A program made the translations under genes and the position numbers. A stretch of DNA of 27,889 bases, taken from the NCBI GenBank assembly GCA_041686025.1, contig JAWLEP010000034.1, positions 1 to 27,889 of the forward strand, in the 5' to 3' direction. Every line of letters begins with the position of its first letter. Position 1 is the first letter of the stretch. Positions 9,262-21,942 of this stretch are shown piece after piece. The notes below the pieces were generated by a model, which worked only from the letters and a program-made list of their open reading frames with translations, was not told where the DNA came from and made no database searches. This DNA comes from Candidatus Fermentibacteraceae bacterium (lineage in GTDB: Bacteria > Fermentibacterota > Fermentibacteria > Fermentibacterales > JCC-6).

Positions 9262-10701
9262 TCAGGGGGCTGCTTCCTCCGGGGGCAGGGCGAGGACCAC
9301 CTGCATGAGGTCACCGGTGGGAAGCGCCTCCTCCAGGTCCAGACCGCTTCGGCCGACCACCTCGTCGGCAGGCATGCCGCTCCAGTAATCCTTGACTACC
9401 CAGGCCCTGCCATCGGTTCTATCCATGCGGCCCAGCTCCCGTACGGCCTGCGGCGGTGTCATCACCCGGGCCTCGATCTCCGGAGCGTAGTAGCTCCAGA
9501 CCGTTCCGCTCTGCCTGTTGAGCACCAGTACCCGGTCGCCCTCCCGCCAACGGCGGCTAACCGCCGCAGCGGCGCTCCTCCAGTCTGCTCTGTGGTAGGG
9601 AAAGGATGGTATTCCGTAGTAAGCAACAAGGAGCGCAAGCATTCCCCCGGCAGTGGCAACTCCCGCCCAGCGCATGCGGGAGGCCGCCGCTCCCAGGACC
9701 AGTCCGGCCGGCAGCCACAGGACGGACAGCTGTCGGGCCCCCATGGGTTCGACCATCTGCGCGGCCAGGGGAATCACCGCTGTTGCGGCCGCCCAGAGGC
9801 GGACCCGGGGAGACAGCCTCTTCGCGGACAGGGCTCCGGCCGACACCAGGACACCGATGAGCAGAGCGTACAGAAGCAGCCGCTTCTTGCCCGCCAGCAG
9901 GGGCTCGGCCGGCCTCTGCAGCACGCCTCCGGGCATGAGCCTGGCCAGAACGACGGGGGTGTCCGATGCGGCTCTCGAGACATCCACGGAAGGGATGCCG
10001 GCCCGTTCCTCCCGGCTGGTCCTGCCGGCCATCTCGTCCCCCGAGGACAGGAGAATGGGAAGGGCCAGAGCGGCTATGGCAATTGCCGCTGAAGCGGGCA
10101 GCCACGGGCTGACCCTCCTCCGCCCGTTAACCGTTGCCCACAGCCCCAGTCCGGCCAGGGCGAACAGGCCGAAGAGCAGAGAGGTCCATACTCCCGCTGC
10201 CGCCACTGCCAGCATGGGCAGCAGCAGTCTCCTGCTGCCGCGCCAAACCTCCAGGGAGAGGGCGGCGAAGAGAATGCCCAGGCCCGCCAGCGTACCGTAT
10301 ACCCAGGCCTCCTGTCCGAGAGAGACCGCGTACGGAGCCAGGCCCCAGAACAGTCCGGCCCACAGGCCCGCACGCCTGCCCGCCAGCCTGGCCACAAGCA
10401 GCATCAGGGGCAGAACCGCCAGACCGGAGAGCAGTGCGGACGGAAGCCGAAGGGCGGCCTCGGAGCTTCCGAAGACGCTCATGGATGCCTTGACCAGCAG
10501 GAAGTGGAGGGGGGCATGAGGGATGGCGGCGGAGGGAAGCCCCAGTATCCGGTCCACCGGGAGTCGGGCCACTTCCAGGGCAAGGGCCTCGTCCAGCCAC
10601 AGGCTCTTGGATCCGATGGAGAACAGCCTGGCTGCCAGCGAAAGGGCCGTTGCCAGCCCGGCCTTCAGCAATGTGCCGCGTCTGGTGACCGGAAGAGCCA
10701 T
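9262..10701 (-). CDS. Multi-TM GT-C glycosyltransferase (ArnT/PMT, GT39/GT83-like)
   Basis: SKSLWLDEA first-loop motif, HAPLHFLL and SEAALRLPSAL; about 10-12 TM helices; C-terminal RADWRSAA extracytoplasmic domain. Confidence 0.8.
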   Translation of the reverse strand: MALPVTRRGTLLKAGLATALSLAARLFSIGSKSLWLDEALALEVARLPVDRILGLPSAAIPHAPLHFLLVKASMSVFGSSEAALRLPSALLSGLAVLPLMLLVARLAGRRAGLWAGLFWGLAPYAVSLGQEAWVYGTLAGLGILFAALSLEVWRGSRRLLLPMLAVAAAGVWTSLLFGLFALAGLGLWATVNGRRRVSPWLPASAAIAIAALALPILLSSGDEMAGRTSREERAGIPSVDVSRAASDTPVVLARLMPGGVLQRPAEPLLAGKKRLLLYALLIGVLVSAGALSAKRLSPRVRLWAAATAVIPLAAQMVEPMGARQLSVLWLPAGLVLGAAASRMRWAGVATAGGMLALLVAYYGIPSFPYHRADWRSAAAAVSRRWREGDRVLVLNRQSGTVWSYYAPEIEARVMTPPQAVRELGRMDRTDGRAWVVKDYWSGMPADEVVGRSGLDLEEALPTGDLMQVVLALPPEEAAP

Positions 10702-10738
10702 GCAACCCCCTCTGCCTGCGAAAGCGGACTCGAGGAGC

Positions 10739-10744
10739 TATAAT
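10739..10744 (+). promoter_or_regulatory. -10 hexamer (TATAAT) in the divergent intergenic region
   Basis: Perfect TATAAT upstream of the PAP2 fusion gene; no convincing -35. Confidence 0.4.
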
Positions 10745-10798
10745 ACTGTATGTACCCAGAGGCTGCTAACGTAGAACTCCGCCGCTGAGGGGGCGCCC

Positions 10799-12280
10799 AT
10801 AGCCTGGCCCGCTGCCGATCTGGACCTGCTGCTGGCTGTGAACAGGGGGCTGGCCTGGAGGCCCCTTACCGCCGTGATGCGGGCGGTCACCGACGTGGAC
10901 CTCTGGGTCCCCGTCCTGCTGCCGGCGGTGATCATCATGCTGGCCTGGAGGCGCATACCCCCGCCGCTTCTGCCCTTCGGCCGGCGTCTGTCCGGCGCCC
11001 TGCGCACCCGCTCGGCGATGGTGGTGCTGGCCCTTGCCCTGGCCACCGGCGGGGCGGACTTCGTCGCGAACCATCTGAAGGACCTGGTGGGCCGGGTACG
11101 GCCCTGCAAGGACCCGGAGGTCGCCGCCCTTGTCGAGGCCAGGTGGGAGGTGCACGGCAGGAGGTCGTTTCCCTCCTCGCACGCCGCCAACTCCGCCGCC
11201 ATGGCCACAACGGCCGCGCTGTTCTATCCCGGCGCGGCTCTGCCGGCGGCAGCCCTTGCGTTCCTGGTAGGATTCAGCAGGATATACCTGGGCGTCCACT
11301 ATCCGATTGACGTAGGCGCCGGATGGCTTCTGGGAATGCTCTCCGGAGGTGTTTGGTACATGGCTCTGAAGCGGTTCGCCGTTCCCAGGGAGTCCTGGGC
11401 CTTTACCCGGCGATTCAGACGGGCTTCCCGACAGTCCTTCAAACCCCAGCGGGTGGCCGGTGTATCCGCGGAGTGGGAGCGCCTGCCCATGGAAAGCCTT
11501 GACGGCCTGGCGGGAAACGGATGGCTGTTGCGGGCCGGCAGTCGCCTGGCGGTGGTGGTTCACGGGCTGGGAGCCGGCCTGGAGGCGGCTGCCGTACCCG
11601 GCGCAGAGCTGGCCCGAAGGGGCTACTCGGTCCTCCTCTGCCCGCTGCGGGGCCACGACAACGTATCTTCCAGGCCCACCAGCGGAGGGCCCGAGGAGGC
11701 CTACGACCTTCTCGGCGCCCTGTGCGCCGGCACCGACGAGGGCTATCCGCCCGGGCGGACCCTCCTCTACGGCTCCTCCATGGGCGCAGGGGTATGCCTC
11801 AAGGCGGCGGCCATTACGGGCGAGACCTACATGGGGGTGGTTCTCCACGCCGTGGTGCCGGACTTCCGCTCGGCGGCGGCCAGCAGGCTGGGCAGCCTGC
11901 AGGCCGGGCTGCTGATGCGGATGATACCCACTCCCCGCAGAAGGGGTCTGGATGCCTGGGATCCGGTCATGTACGCGGGGCTGATGGATGGACAGACCCC
12001 GGTGGCCGCCCTCTGCGGCAGCAGGGACGCCCTGTCCACGCCGCAGGACGCCGAGAGCGCCTGCTCCCATGCCGGCCGCAGCATGGTGGCCGTCCTCGGA
12101 GGCGCCCGTCACCCGAACTGGCTCTCCGAGGGGATCGACATGTACCAGTACCGGGCGGCGCTGGAGCAAGTATTGGGCTTTATAGATTCAGAAGATGCCG
12201 TAACCCGTATTTACATTGACGAGAACGGAGAAGTTCGCAATCTTCCGTCCTCACACCGAAGGATGGGGGCGCAAACATGA
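10799..12280 (+). CDS. PAP2-family phosphatase fused to a C-terminal alpha/beta hydrolase
   Basis: PAP2 motifs KDLVGRVRP, FPSSH and SRIYLGVHYPIDV; hydrolase motifs HGLG, GSSMG, GSRD and GARH. Start is either GTG10838 or the non-canonical ATA10799 (see findings). Confidence 0.85.
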   Translation: MAWPAADLDLLLAVNRGLAWRPLTAVMRAVTDVDLWVPVLLPAVIIMLAWRRIPPPLLPFGRRLSGALRTRSAMVVLALALATGGADFVANHLKDLVGRVRPCKDPEVAALVEARWEVHGRRSFPSSHAANSAAMATTAALFYPGAALPAAALAFLVGFSRIYLGVHYPIDVGAGWLLGMLSGGVWYMALKRFAVPRESWAFTRRFRRASRQSFKPQRVAGVSAEWERLPMESLDGLAGNGWLLRAGSRLAVVVHGLGAGLEAAAVPGAELARRGYSVLLCPLRGHDNVSSRPTSGGPEEAYDLLGALCAGTDEGYPPGRTLLYGSSMGAGVCLKAAAITGETYMGVVLHAVVPDFRSAAASRLGSLQAGLLMRMIPTPRRRGLDAWDPVMYAGLMDGQTPVAALCGSRDALSTPQDAESACSHAGRSMVAVLGGARHPNWLSEGIDMYQYRAALEQVLGFIDSEDAVTRIYIDENGEVRNLPSSHRRMGAQT

Positions 12281-12543
12281 AGCGATACAAGGACGCGGCC
12301 GAGCTGGCAACGGCTTTCTCCGCGGTAGTCAACGAGATGAAGAGGCGCTTTTCGGATACGGATACCCTGCCCATTGCCGACGACGAGGATTTCAGGGACT
12401 ACCAGAACTTCATAGCCAGGGTAATACTGGTGCAGCGGGACCTGGACGACCTGCTGGAGCAGGCCATCGGCCTGGAGGACGGCTCGGAGGAGAGCCCGCT
12501 GCAGGTTCTCGACTTCTCATCGGAGTGGGAGAGCTACGACTGA
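12277..12543 (+). CDS. Small acidic helical hypothetical protein (88 aa)
   Basis: ATGA overlap with the upstream stop, GGGGG RBS-like run and host-like codon usage; no recognised motif. Confidence 0.7.
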   Translation: MKRYKDAAELATAFSAVVNEMKRRFSDTDTLPIADDEDFRDYQNFIARVILVQRDLDDLLEQAIGLEDGSEESPLQVLDFSSEWESYD

Positions 12544-12583
12544 CAGCTGATCCTGCGGGGCCGGTAACGTCCACCTCCGCCCC

Positions 12584-13081
12584 TCAGCCCCATCTCCTCT
12601 TGGCCCACCAGAGCGCCAGCAGAGCGACAACCAGCGTTACGCCCGTGAGCATCATGCCCATCAGTATCCTCTGGCCGCTGCTCACGGCTGCGCCCTCCCT
12701 CCCCGGGGAGAGGGGGATGCTTCTCCAGTAGAACCTACCGTCCCGAAAGACCACCTCGGTCCTTCCCCGTACCACGCGGTCGGTTCCCTCGCCGTCGGTC
12801 CAGGTCCATTCGGATTCGGGGAACACCAGCACGTAGAAGGTCTCGCCGGTCTCGCCCAGCTCGTGCTCGCCGGGCTCCACCGACAGGTCGGAGCACGACT
12901 GCAGGAGAGCGCGGATGGTATCCGGATGGGCCGAGGGCGTCGTGCCGGCCGGGTCGGCGCAGGACTGCCAGCAGCGAACCGCCCCCTCTCCGGAACAGCG
13001 GGAGCAGAGGGAGTCCAGCAGGGCCTCCGGCGACTCTGCGAAAGCGCTCACTGCAAGTGCGAGCAGCATCTGAAGGATCAT
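12584..13081 (-). CDS. Hypothetical exported protein with C-terminal membrane anchor (165 aa)
   Basis: GAGGAG RBS before ATG13081; signal-peptide-like MILQMLLALAVSAFA; C-terminal hydrophobic helix followed by WWAKRRWG; four Cys in the N-terminal half. Confidence 0.75.
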   Translation of the reverse strand: MILQMLLALAVSAFAESPEALLDSLCSRCSGEGAVRCWQSCADPAGTTPSAHPDTIRALLQSCSDLSVEPGEHELGETGETFYVLVFPESEWTWTDGEGTDRVVRGRTEVVFRDGRFYWRSIPLSPGREGAAVSSGQRILMGMMLTGVTLVVALLALWWAKRRWG

Positions 13082-13146
13082 TGTCTCCTCCCGGGACGGT
13101 TGATCGGGCTGACACTGCCAAGGCTCGAGTTCCCGGTCAAGAGTCC

Positions 13147-14487
13147 CTAGCCGGTGATCCGCCTCAGGGCCGAGACCAGTGTCGACCTCTCCGCCGGCAG
13201 CGGTATCCTGTACTCCGGCTCTCCGGGCCCCGGAGCGGAGTGAACCGTTCCTCCCGCCACCAGCAGGGGCTGAAAGGGCATGCGCGCCGCGAGAGCAGCG
13301 GGAAGGCCCGGCATGGGCCCCGCCGCTCCCAGCAGAAGACCGTCTGCGATGGGCTGCAGCCTGGCCAGCTCCTCCCCGGACTCCGCGACCCTCACGGCGA
13401 CCCCGGCCTCCTCGGCGGACTTCAGCACCTGACCGAAGCCCGGCTCTTCGCCGGCGTAGGCCGCCAGTCCAACCGAGGCCCGGGGGCGGGGCAGCGCCTT
13501 CGGAAAGGCTACTCGAAGACTCCCGTCCTCCCCGTCCGTCTTCATCCAGCCGCCCATGGCCGCCATTCGCTGCGAGAGGCCCCTCAGGGCCTCCGATTGC
13601 CACCGGTCGGGGCTGCTCTGAAGCTCCAGGTCCAGGGCCAGGTAGCAGCCGGGAAGGGCCCGGGGCCAGATCTCCTCACCGGTCTCGATGGCGCTGCAGG
13701 AGAGCCACAGAGAGGGGCACAGCCCGGCGGCTGCGCGTAGTATGCCCGCCAGGAGCCGGTCCATCACCCCGGGGAGGATCCACGTGGAAAAGCCCCCGGC
13801 GGCCTCCGGGGATATGTCGTAGCTCCATCCCAGTGACTCGGCCACGGTGGCCAGGCGGGACACGGGATCGGAGGCGGCCCCCCCGTGGCGGAAGCACGGC
13901 CGGAGCAGGTACATGGGCTCGGCGAGGCCCAGCTCGGCGAGGTCGATCAGGAGGTGATGGAGTCCGCCCTCCGCCGCCGGCAGGAGCACGCTGGCCAGGT
14001 TTCCTCCGGCCAGCACCGTGCCTTGCGCCTCTCCGCGCACCGTACCCGCGACCTGGCGGCGTATCCTGCTGCTGTGCAGCCTGCCCAGCAGCCTCTCCGC
14101 CGGCTGTCCCGCCGCCCTTCCCGCTTCGATTCCGGTCCTTCTGGCATGAAGCCCCTCCCAGGCCTGCACGGTCCCCCCGGACGAGTAGACGGCTGTACCG
14201 ACGCCCCGGGGGAGCCTGTCGATGGGCGACGCCGGCCCCGGCCAGACCGCCAGCTGCAGCCCGGGCAGGAAGTGCAGCACCTCCCGGGGCCCGACGGGAT
14301 GGTTGACCTCCACCGTGCCCTCGCTGCGGGAACCGGACCTCAGCGGACAGCGCGGACAGGGGTCGTTCCTGCCGTAGAGGCTGTAGCAGCGGGTGAGGCT
14401 CTCGATGCCCCAGGACCAGAGCACCCGGTACTCACGTATCGCCGCTATGCCCCCGCAGGGCAGCTGCGCGCTCATGTCCCGATTCAT
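13147..14487 (-). CDS. Hypothetical protein resembling a degenerate PAS-PAS-HATPase-receiver hybrid kinase
   Basis: GGAGGGGG RBS before the ATG; CYSLYGRNDPCPRCP motif; PAS-like IDRLPRGV...TGIEAGRAAGQP; HATPase-like PGCYLALDLE and MGGWMKTDGEDGSLRVAFP; REC-like VRVAESGEE...DGLLLG...PLPAERSTLVSALRR. Confidence 0.65.
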   Translation of the reverse strand: MNRDMSAQLPCGGIAAIREYRVLWSWGIESLTRCYSLYGRNDPCPRCPLRSGSRSEGTVEVNHPVGPREVLHFLPGLQLAVWPGPASPIDRLPRGVGTAVYSSGGTVQAWEGLHARRTGIEAGRAAGQPAERLLGRLHSSRIRRQVAGTVRGEAQGTVLAGGNLASVLLPAAEGGLHHLLIDLAELGLAEPMYLLRPCFRHGGAASDPVSRLATVAESLGWSYDISPEAAGGFSTWILPGVMDRLLAGILRAAAGLCPSLWLSCSAIETGEEIWPRALPGCYLALDLELQSSPDRWQSEALRGLSQRMAAMGGWMKTDGEDGSLRVAFPKALPRPRASVGLAAYAGEEPGFGQVLKSAEEAGVAVRVAESGEELARLQPIADGLLLGAAGPMPGLPAALAARMPFQPLLVAGGTVHSAPGPGEPEYRIPLPAERSTLVSALRRITG

Positions 14488-14736
14488 CCCCCCTCCGGCC
14501 GGCCAGTATGTAATCTATGCAAGGGAGCCCGGGGCGGTAACCCGCGGGCTGCGGAGTACGGCCTACGGAAGGCATTACACAAGCAATTGGGCCACAACGG
14601 CTTGATGTGCTTCATTGACATCGCCTGCGCCGAACATCATATAACCTCTCCCCTCGGGGCGCGGAGACGCGGAACCCCGGGAGGGGAATTTCCATTCTGC
14701 ATAATGGCCGCGACCGCCCGATGTGCAAGACCGGCC

Positions 14737-14765
14737 TTGACAGAGCAGTCTGGAATACCTAGCAT
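14737..14765 (+). promoter_or_regulatory. rrn promoter P1
   Basis: TTGACA(14737-14742)-N17-TAGCAT(14760-14765). Confidence 0.75.
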
Positions 14766-14853
14766 TGAGGCCTTGTCGTAAAGACATCGGCTGAGATGCC
14801 GGGCCCGGTGCGAAGGCGCTTTCGAAGCCTTCCGAGCCGGGCCGAAATTAACC

Positions 14854-14882
14854 TTGACACCGAAGGCCCCGTTGCCTAGTGT
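14854..14882 (+). promoter_or_regulatory. rrn promoter P2
   Basis: TTGACA(14854-14859)-N17-TAGTGT(14877-14882), followed by a GC-rich discriminator; 117 bp downstream of P1. Confidence 0.75.
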
Positions 14883-14907
14883 TGAGGCCGCGCCAGAGAC
14901 GGCGCCA

Positions 14908-14955
14908 GATCATTGACATTGTGGAGAAGGCAAGCAAAGCCGAAAACGTCTGTGT
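14908..14955 (+). promoter_or_regulatory. boxA-like element and 5' arm of the 16S processing stem
   Basis: GATCATTGACA is boxA-like; GGAGAAGGCAAGC can pair with GCTTGTCTTCTCC (~16716-16728) downstream of 16S. Confidence 0.55.
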
Positions 14956-15070
14956 GGATTCCCCGTCTGCAGGCGTAGGGGCGCAAGTCCCCGCGCAACG
15001 GGCAGCACGGCCCTACCTGTGGCCAACCGGCCCGGCAGACAGAGAATCAGCTAACTTACAGGTTTGAACT

Positions 15071-16638
<1,568 letters not shown>

Positions 16639-16772
16639 TAAGGAGACAAAGGTGTGCGTTTGGGGGCTTACGCTCTCGAACAGACCTTAGGTTGAGCGCA
16701 GACCGAGTAGGCTGCGCTTGTCTTCTCCCTCTAATAGAGCTTCGGCCTGATCCCATTCAGGCCCAGGACTAT

Positions 16773-16849
16773 GGGCCTGTAGCTCAGTTGGTCAGAGCGC
16801 ACGCCTGATAAGCGTGAGGTCACTAGTTCAACTCTAGTCAGGCCCACCA
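16773..16849 (+). tRNA. tRNA-Ile (anticodon GAT)
   Basis: GGGCCTG...CAGGCCC-A-CCA; anticodon arm CACGC-CT-GAT-AA-GCGTG; located in the 16S-23S spacer. Confidence 0.98.
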
Positions 16850-16864
16850 CAGCTTACTGGGCAT

Positions 16865-16940
16865 GGGGATGTAGCTCAGCTGGGAGAGCATCGGCTTTGC
16901 AAGCCGGAGGTCGCCGGTTCGAGCCCGGCCATCTCCACCA
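16865..16940 (+). tRNA. tRNA-Ala (anticodon TGC)
   Basis: GGGGATG...CATCTCC-A-CCA with a G3:U70 pair; anticodon arm TCGGC-TT-TGC-AA-GCCGG. Confidence 0.98.
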
Positions 16941-16976
16941 GCATGGGACAGGCAGACGGATCTTCTGCGAGGCAAT

Positions 16977-17008
16977 CGCGCAGCTCTTTGACATTTGTGC
17001 AGGGCAGA
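16977..17008 (+). promoter_or_regulatory. Spacer boxA and 5' arm of the 23S processing stem
   Basis: GCTCTTTGACA boxA; TCGCGCAGCTCTTTGACATTTGTGCAGG is near-perfectly complementary to CCTGCACAAATGTGAGAGAGCTGCGCGA (~20064-20091) after 23S. Confidence 0.75.
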
Positions 17009-17042
17009 CGTATCGAAACACCGCATCTGTAGGGCTTTGTGT

Positions 17043-20031
<2,989 letters not shown>

Positions 20032-20107
20032 CAAAGAGTCCGCAGGTGCGTTCGATGCCCTGTCCTGCACAAATGTGAGAGAGCTGCGCGACCACTCGCG
20101 CCGGTAT

Positions 20108-20223
<116 letters not shown>

Positions 20224-20232
20224 GTTCTTCGG

Positions 20233-20266
20233 AAGGCCCCCGGGCATTTGCCCGGGGGCCTTTTTT
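20233..20266 (+). terminator. Rho-independent terminator of the rrn operon
   Basis: GGCCCCCGGGC-ATTT-GCCCGGGGGCC hairpin followed by TTTTTT. Confidence 0.92.
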
Positions 20267-20292
20267 GTCCTTCTGCGGGTATTTCTTATGAT
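20265..20292 (+). promoter_or_regulatory. Possible promoter of the aminomutase cassette
   Basis: TTGTCC-N16-TATGAT in an AT-rich patch overlapping the terminator tail. Confidence 0.35.
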
Positions 20293-20354
20293 ACTGATAC
20301 GGAATAGAAGGCAACGAAACCTGAGACAGAGATATCCATAGGGAGACACCAGCG

Positions 20355-21908
20355 GTGATAACCGACGCCGACGTAAAGAAGATGATGGACCATTACGGAT
20401 ACTCCGATGAGGTCGCAAGGACCATCGAGAGGGAGCGACTGCTGCCCACCGGGCTGCTGAGCAGGCTGCAGGACAACCATCCGGAGCAGTCGGGTTTCGT
20501 GAGAACCCGGGATTTCATGTTCACCCAGCGGAAGAGGTATGCGGGAATAGAGGGCTTCCGCAGCATCGTCGACACCCTGAAGAAGACGGGGATCGAGATC
20601 GGCCATCTCGAGGAGCGCGAGCTCTTCATCAGGGTCTACCGGTTCATGGCCACCGACCACGTCCTGAATGCCATCAACTGGGACGACTTCGAGAACGATC
20701 CGCTGTTCAGCCTGGTCTTCCCGCAGCCGGGGATGATCAGGAAGGACACCGAGGCCGCCTACCTCGCCGCCGACACGGAGGAGGAGAGGCAGGAGATCGT
20801 CGACGGGTACATGGCCAGGACTAATCCCCACGGCTGCAACCAGCTGCTGAACAAGCCCTGGTTCGAGGACTCCGACGGGAGGGTGGAGTTCGTGGAGGGC
20901 AGCCAGCACAAGTACCCTCAGTGTGCCCTCGTTTTCGACAGCACCACGCAGGACTGCTTCGCGTTCTGCACCTATTGCTTCCGGCATGCCCAGGTCCGCG
21001 GCGACGAGGACATGTTCTGCCAGCGGGACCCCGGCCAGGTGCTTCAGTACCTGAAGCTGCACCCGGAGGCCACCGACATCCTCATCACCGGCGGCGACGC
21101 AGGCTTCATGCCGGTGGAGCGCCTCAGGGAGTACGTGGTGCCGATAATGGAGGACCCCGACCTCCGGCACGTACGAACTGTGCGTCTCGGGACCAGGATG
21201 CTCACCTACCTTCCCGAGATGGTCCTGTCGCGCGACTACGATGAGATGCTGGAGCTGTTCGACACCATGTACGAAAGCGGGCTGCAGCTGGCATGGATGG
21301 CCCATTTCTCTACGCCGCGGGAGGTCCTGAACCCTTCCACCATCGCCGCTGTCCGCCGGCTCCAGCGCCATCACGTGGTGATGCGCAGCCAGAGTCCGAT
21401 GATGGACCATGTCAGCCTCTTCCGCGACGAGGCCGGCAAGGTGGACATCGACCGCACCGCGGAGAACTGGGTCAACCTGGCCCTGGTCCTGGGAACGATG
21501 CACATCGGGTTCCACTCCATGTATCTCGCCCGGCCCACCGGGGAGCATCACTACTTCACCACGCCCCTGGCCGACGTGGCGAAGATCGCAGACAGGATCC
21601 ACCGGGACCTGGCCTCCATCTACCGTCCATCCAGGTACATCTCCATGACCTCCTCGGCGGGGAAGATCTCCCTGCTGGGAACCGTCGAGGCGGGCGGGGA
21701 GAAGGCGTTCGCGCTCAAGTTCACCCAGGGGCGGAACATGGAATGGATGGATGGAGTCTTCCTTGCGAAGTACGATGAAGAGCAGTGCAGCATCGACAAG
21801 CTCGAGCCGTTTGAGGGGCGGGAGTTCTTCTTCCGGCAGGACCAGCGGGACATCGAGGCAGCGCTGCTGAAGGCGCTGGAGGGACGGAAGTTCGCCGGAG
21901 ACGAGTGA
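20355..21908 (+). CDS. KamA-family radical SAM/PLP 2,3-aminomutase, substrate uncertain
   Basis: GSQHKYP, CFAFCTYCFR (C201/C205/C208, R210), ILITGGD, RLGTR, MAHF, SQSP and SAGK (candidate PLP lysine K437). GGGAG RBS before the GTG. Confidence 0.88.
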   Translation: MITDADVKKMMDHYGYSDEVARTIERERLLPTGLLSRLQDNHPEQSGFVRTRDFMFTQRKRYAGIEGFRSIVDTLKKTGIEIGHLEERELFIRVYRFMATDHVLNAINWDDFENDPLFSLVFPQPGMIRKDTEAAYLAADTEEERQEIVDGYMARTNPHGCNQLLNKPWFEDSDGRVEFVEGSQHKYPQCALVFDSTTQDCFAFCTYCFRHAQVRGDEDMFCQRDPGQVLQYLKLHPEATDILITGGDAGFMPVERLREYVVPIMEDPDLRHVRTVRLGTRMLTYLPEMVLSRDYDEMLELFDTMYESGLQLAWMAHFSTPREVLNPSTIAAVRRLQRHHVVMRSQSPMMDHVSLFRDEAGKVDIDRTAENWVNLALVLGTMHIGFHSMYLARPTGEHHYFTTPLADVAKIADRIHRDLASIYRPSRYISMTSSAGKISLLGTVEAGGEKAFALKFTQGRNMEWMDGVFLAKYDEEQCSIDKLEPFEGREFFFRQDQRDIEAALLKALEGRKFAGDE

Positions 21909-21942
21909 TCATCTCTGCACAGACTGCATCGTGAGGGGCAAC

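Noticed and set aside
12538..12549. 12-bp match GACTGACAGCTG with 27878-27889
   Set aside because: It is too short to exclude chance, the second copy is cut by the window edge, and no REP-like structure is evident.
20355..21908. Calling the radical SAM gene kamA or epmB
   Set aside because: The lysine-binding Asp positions appear substituted, and no efp/epmA or kamDE/kdd/kce genes are adjacent.
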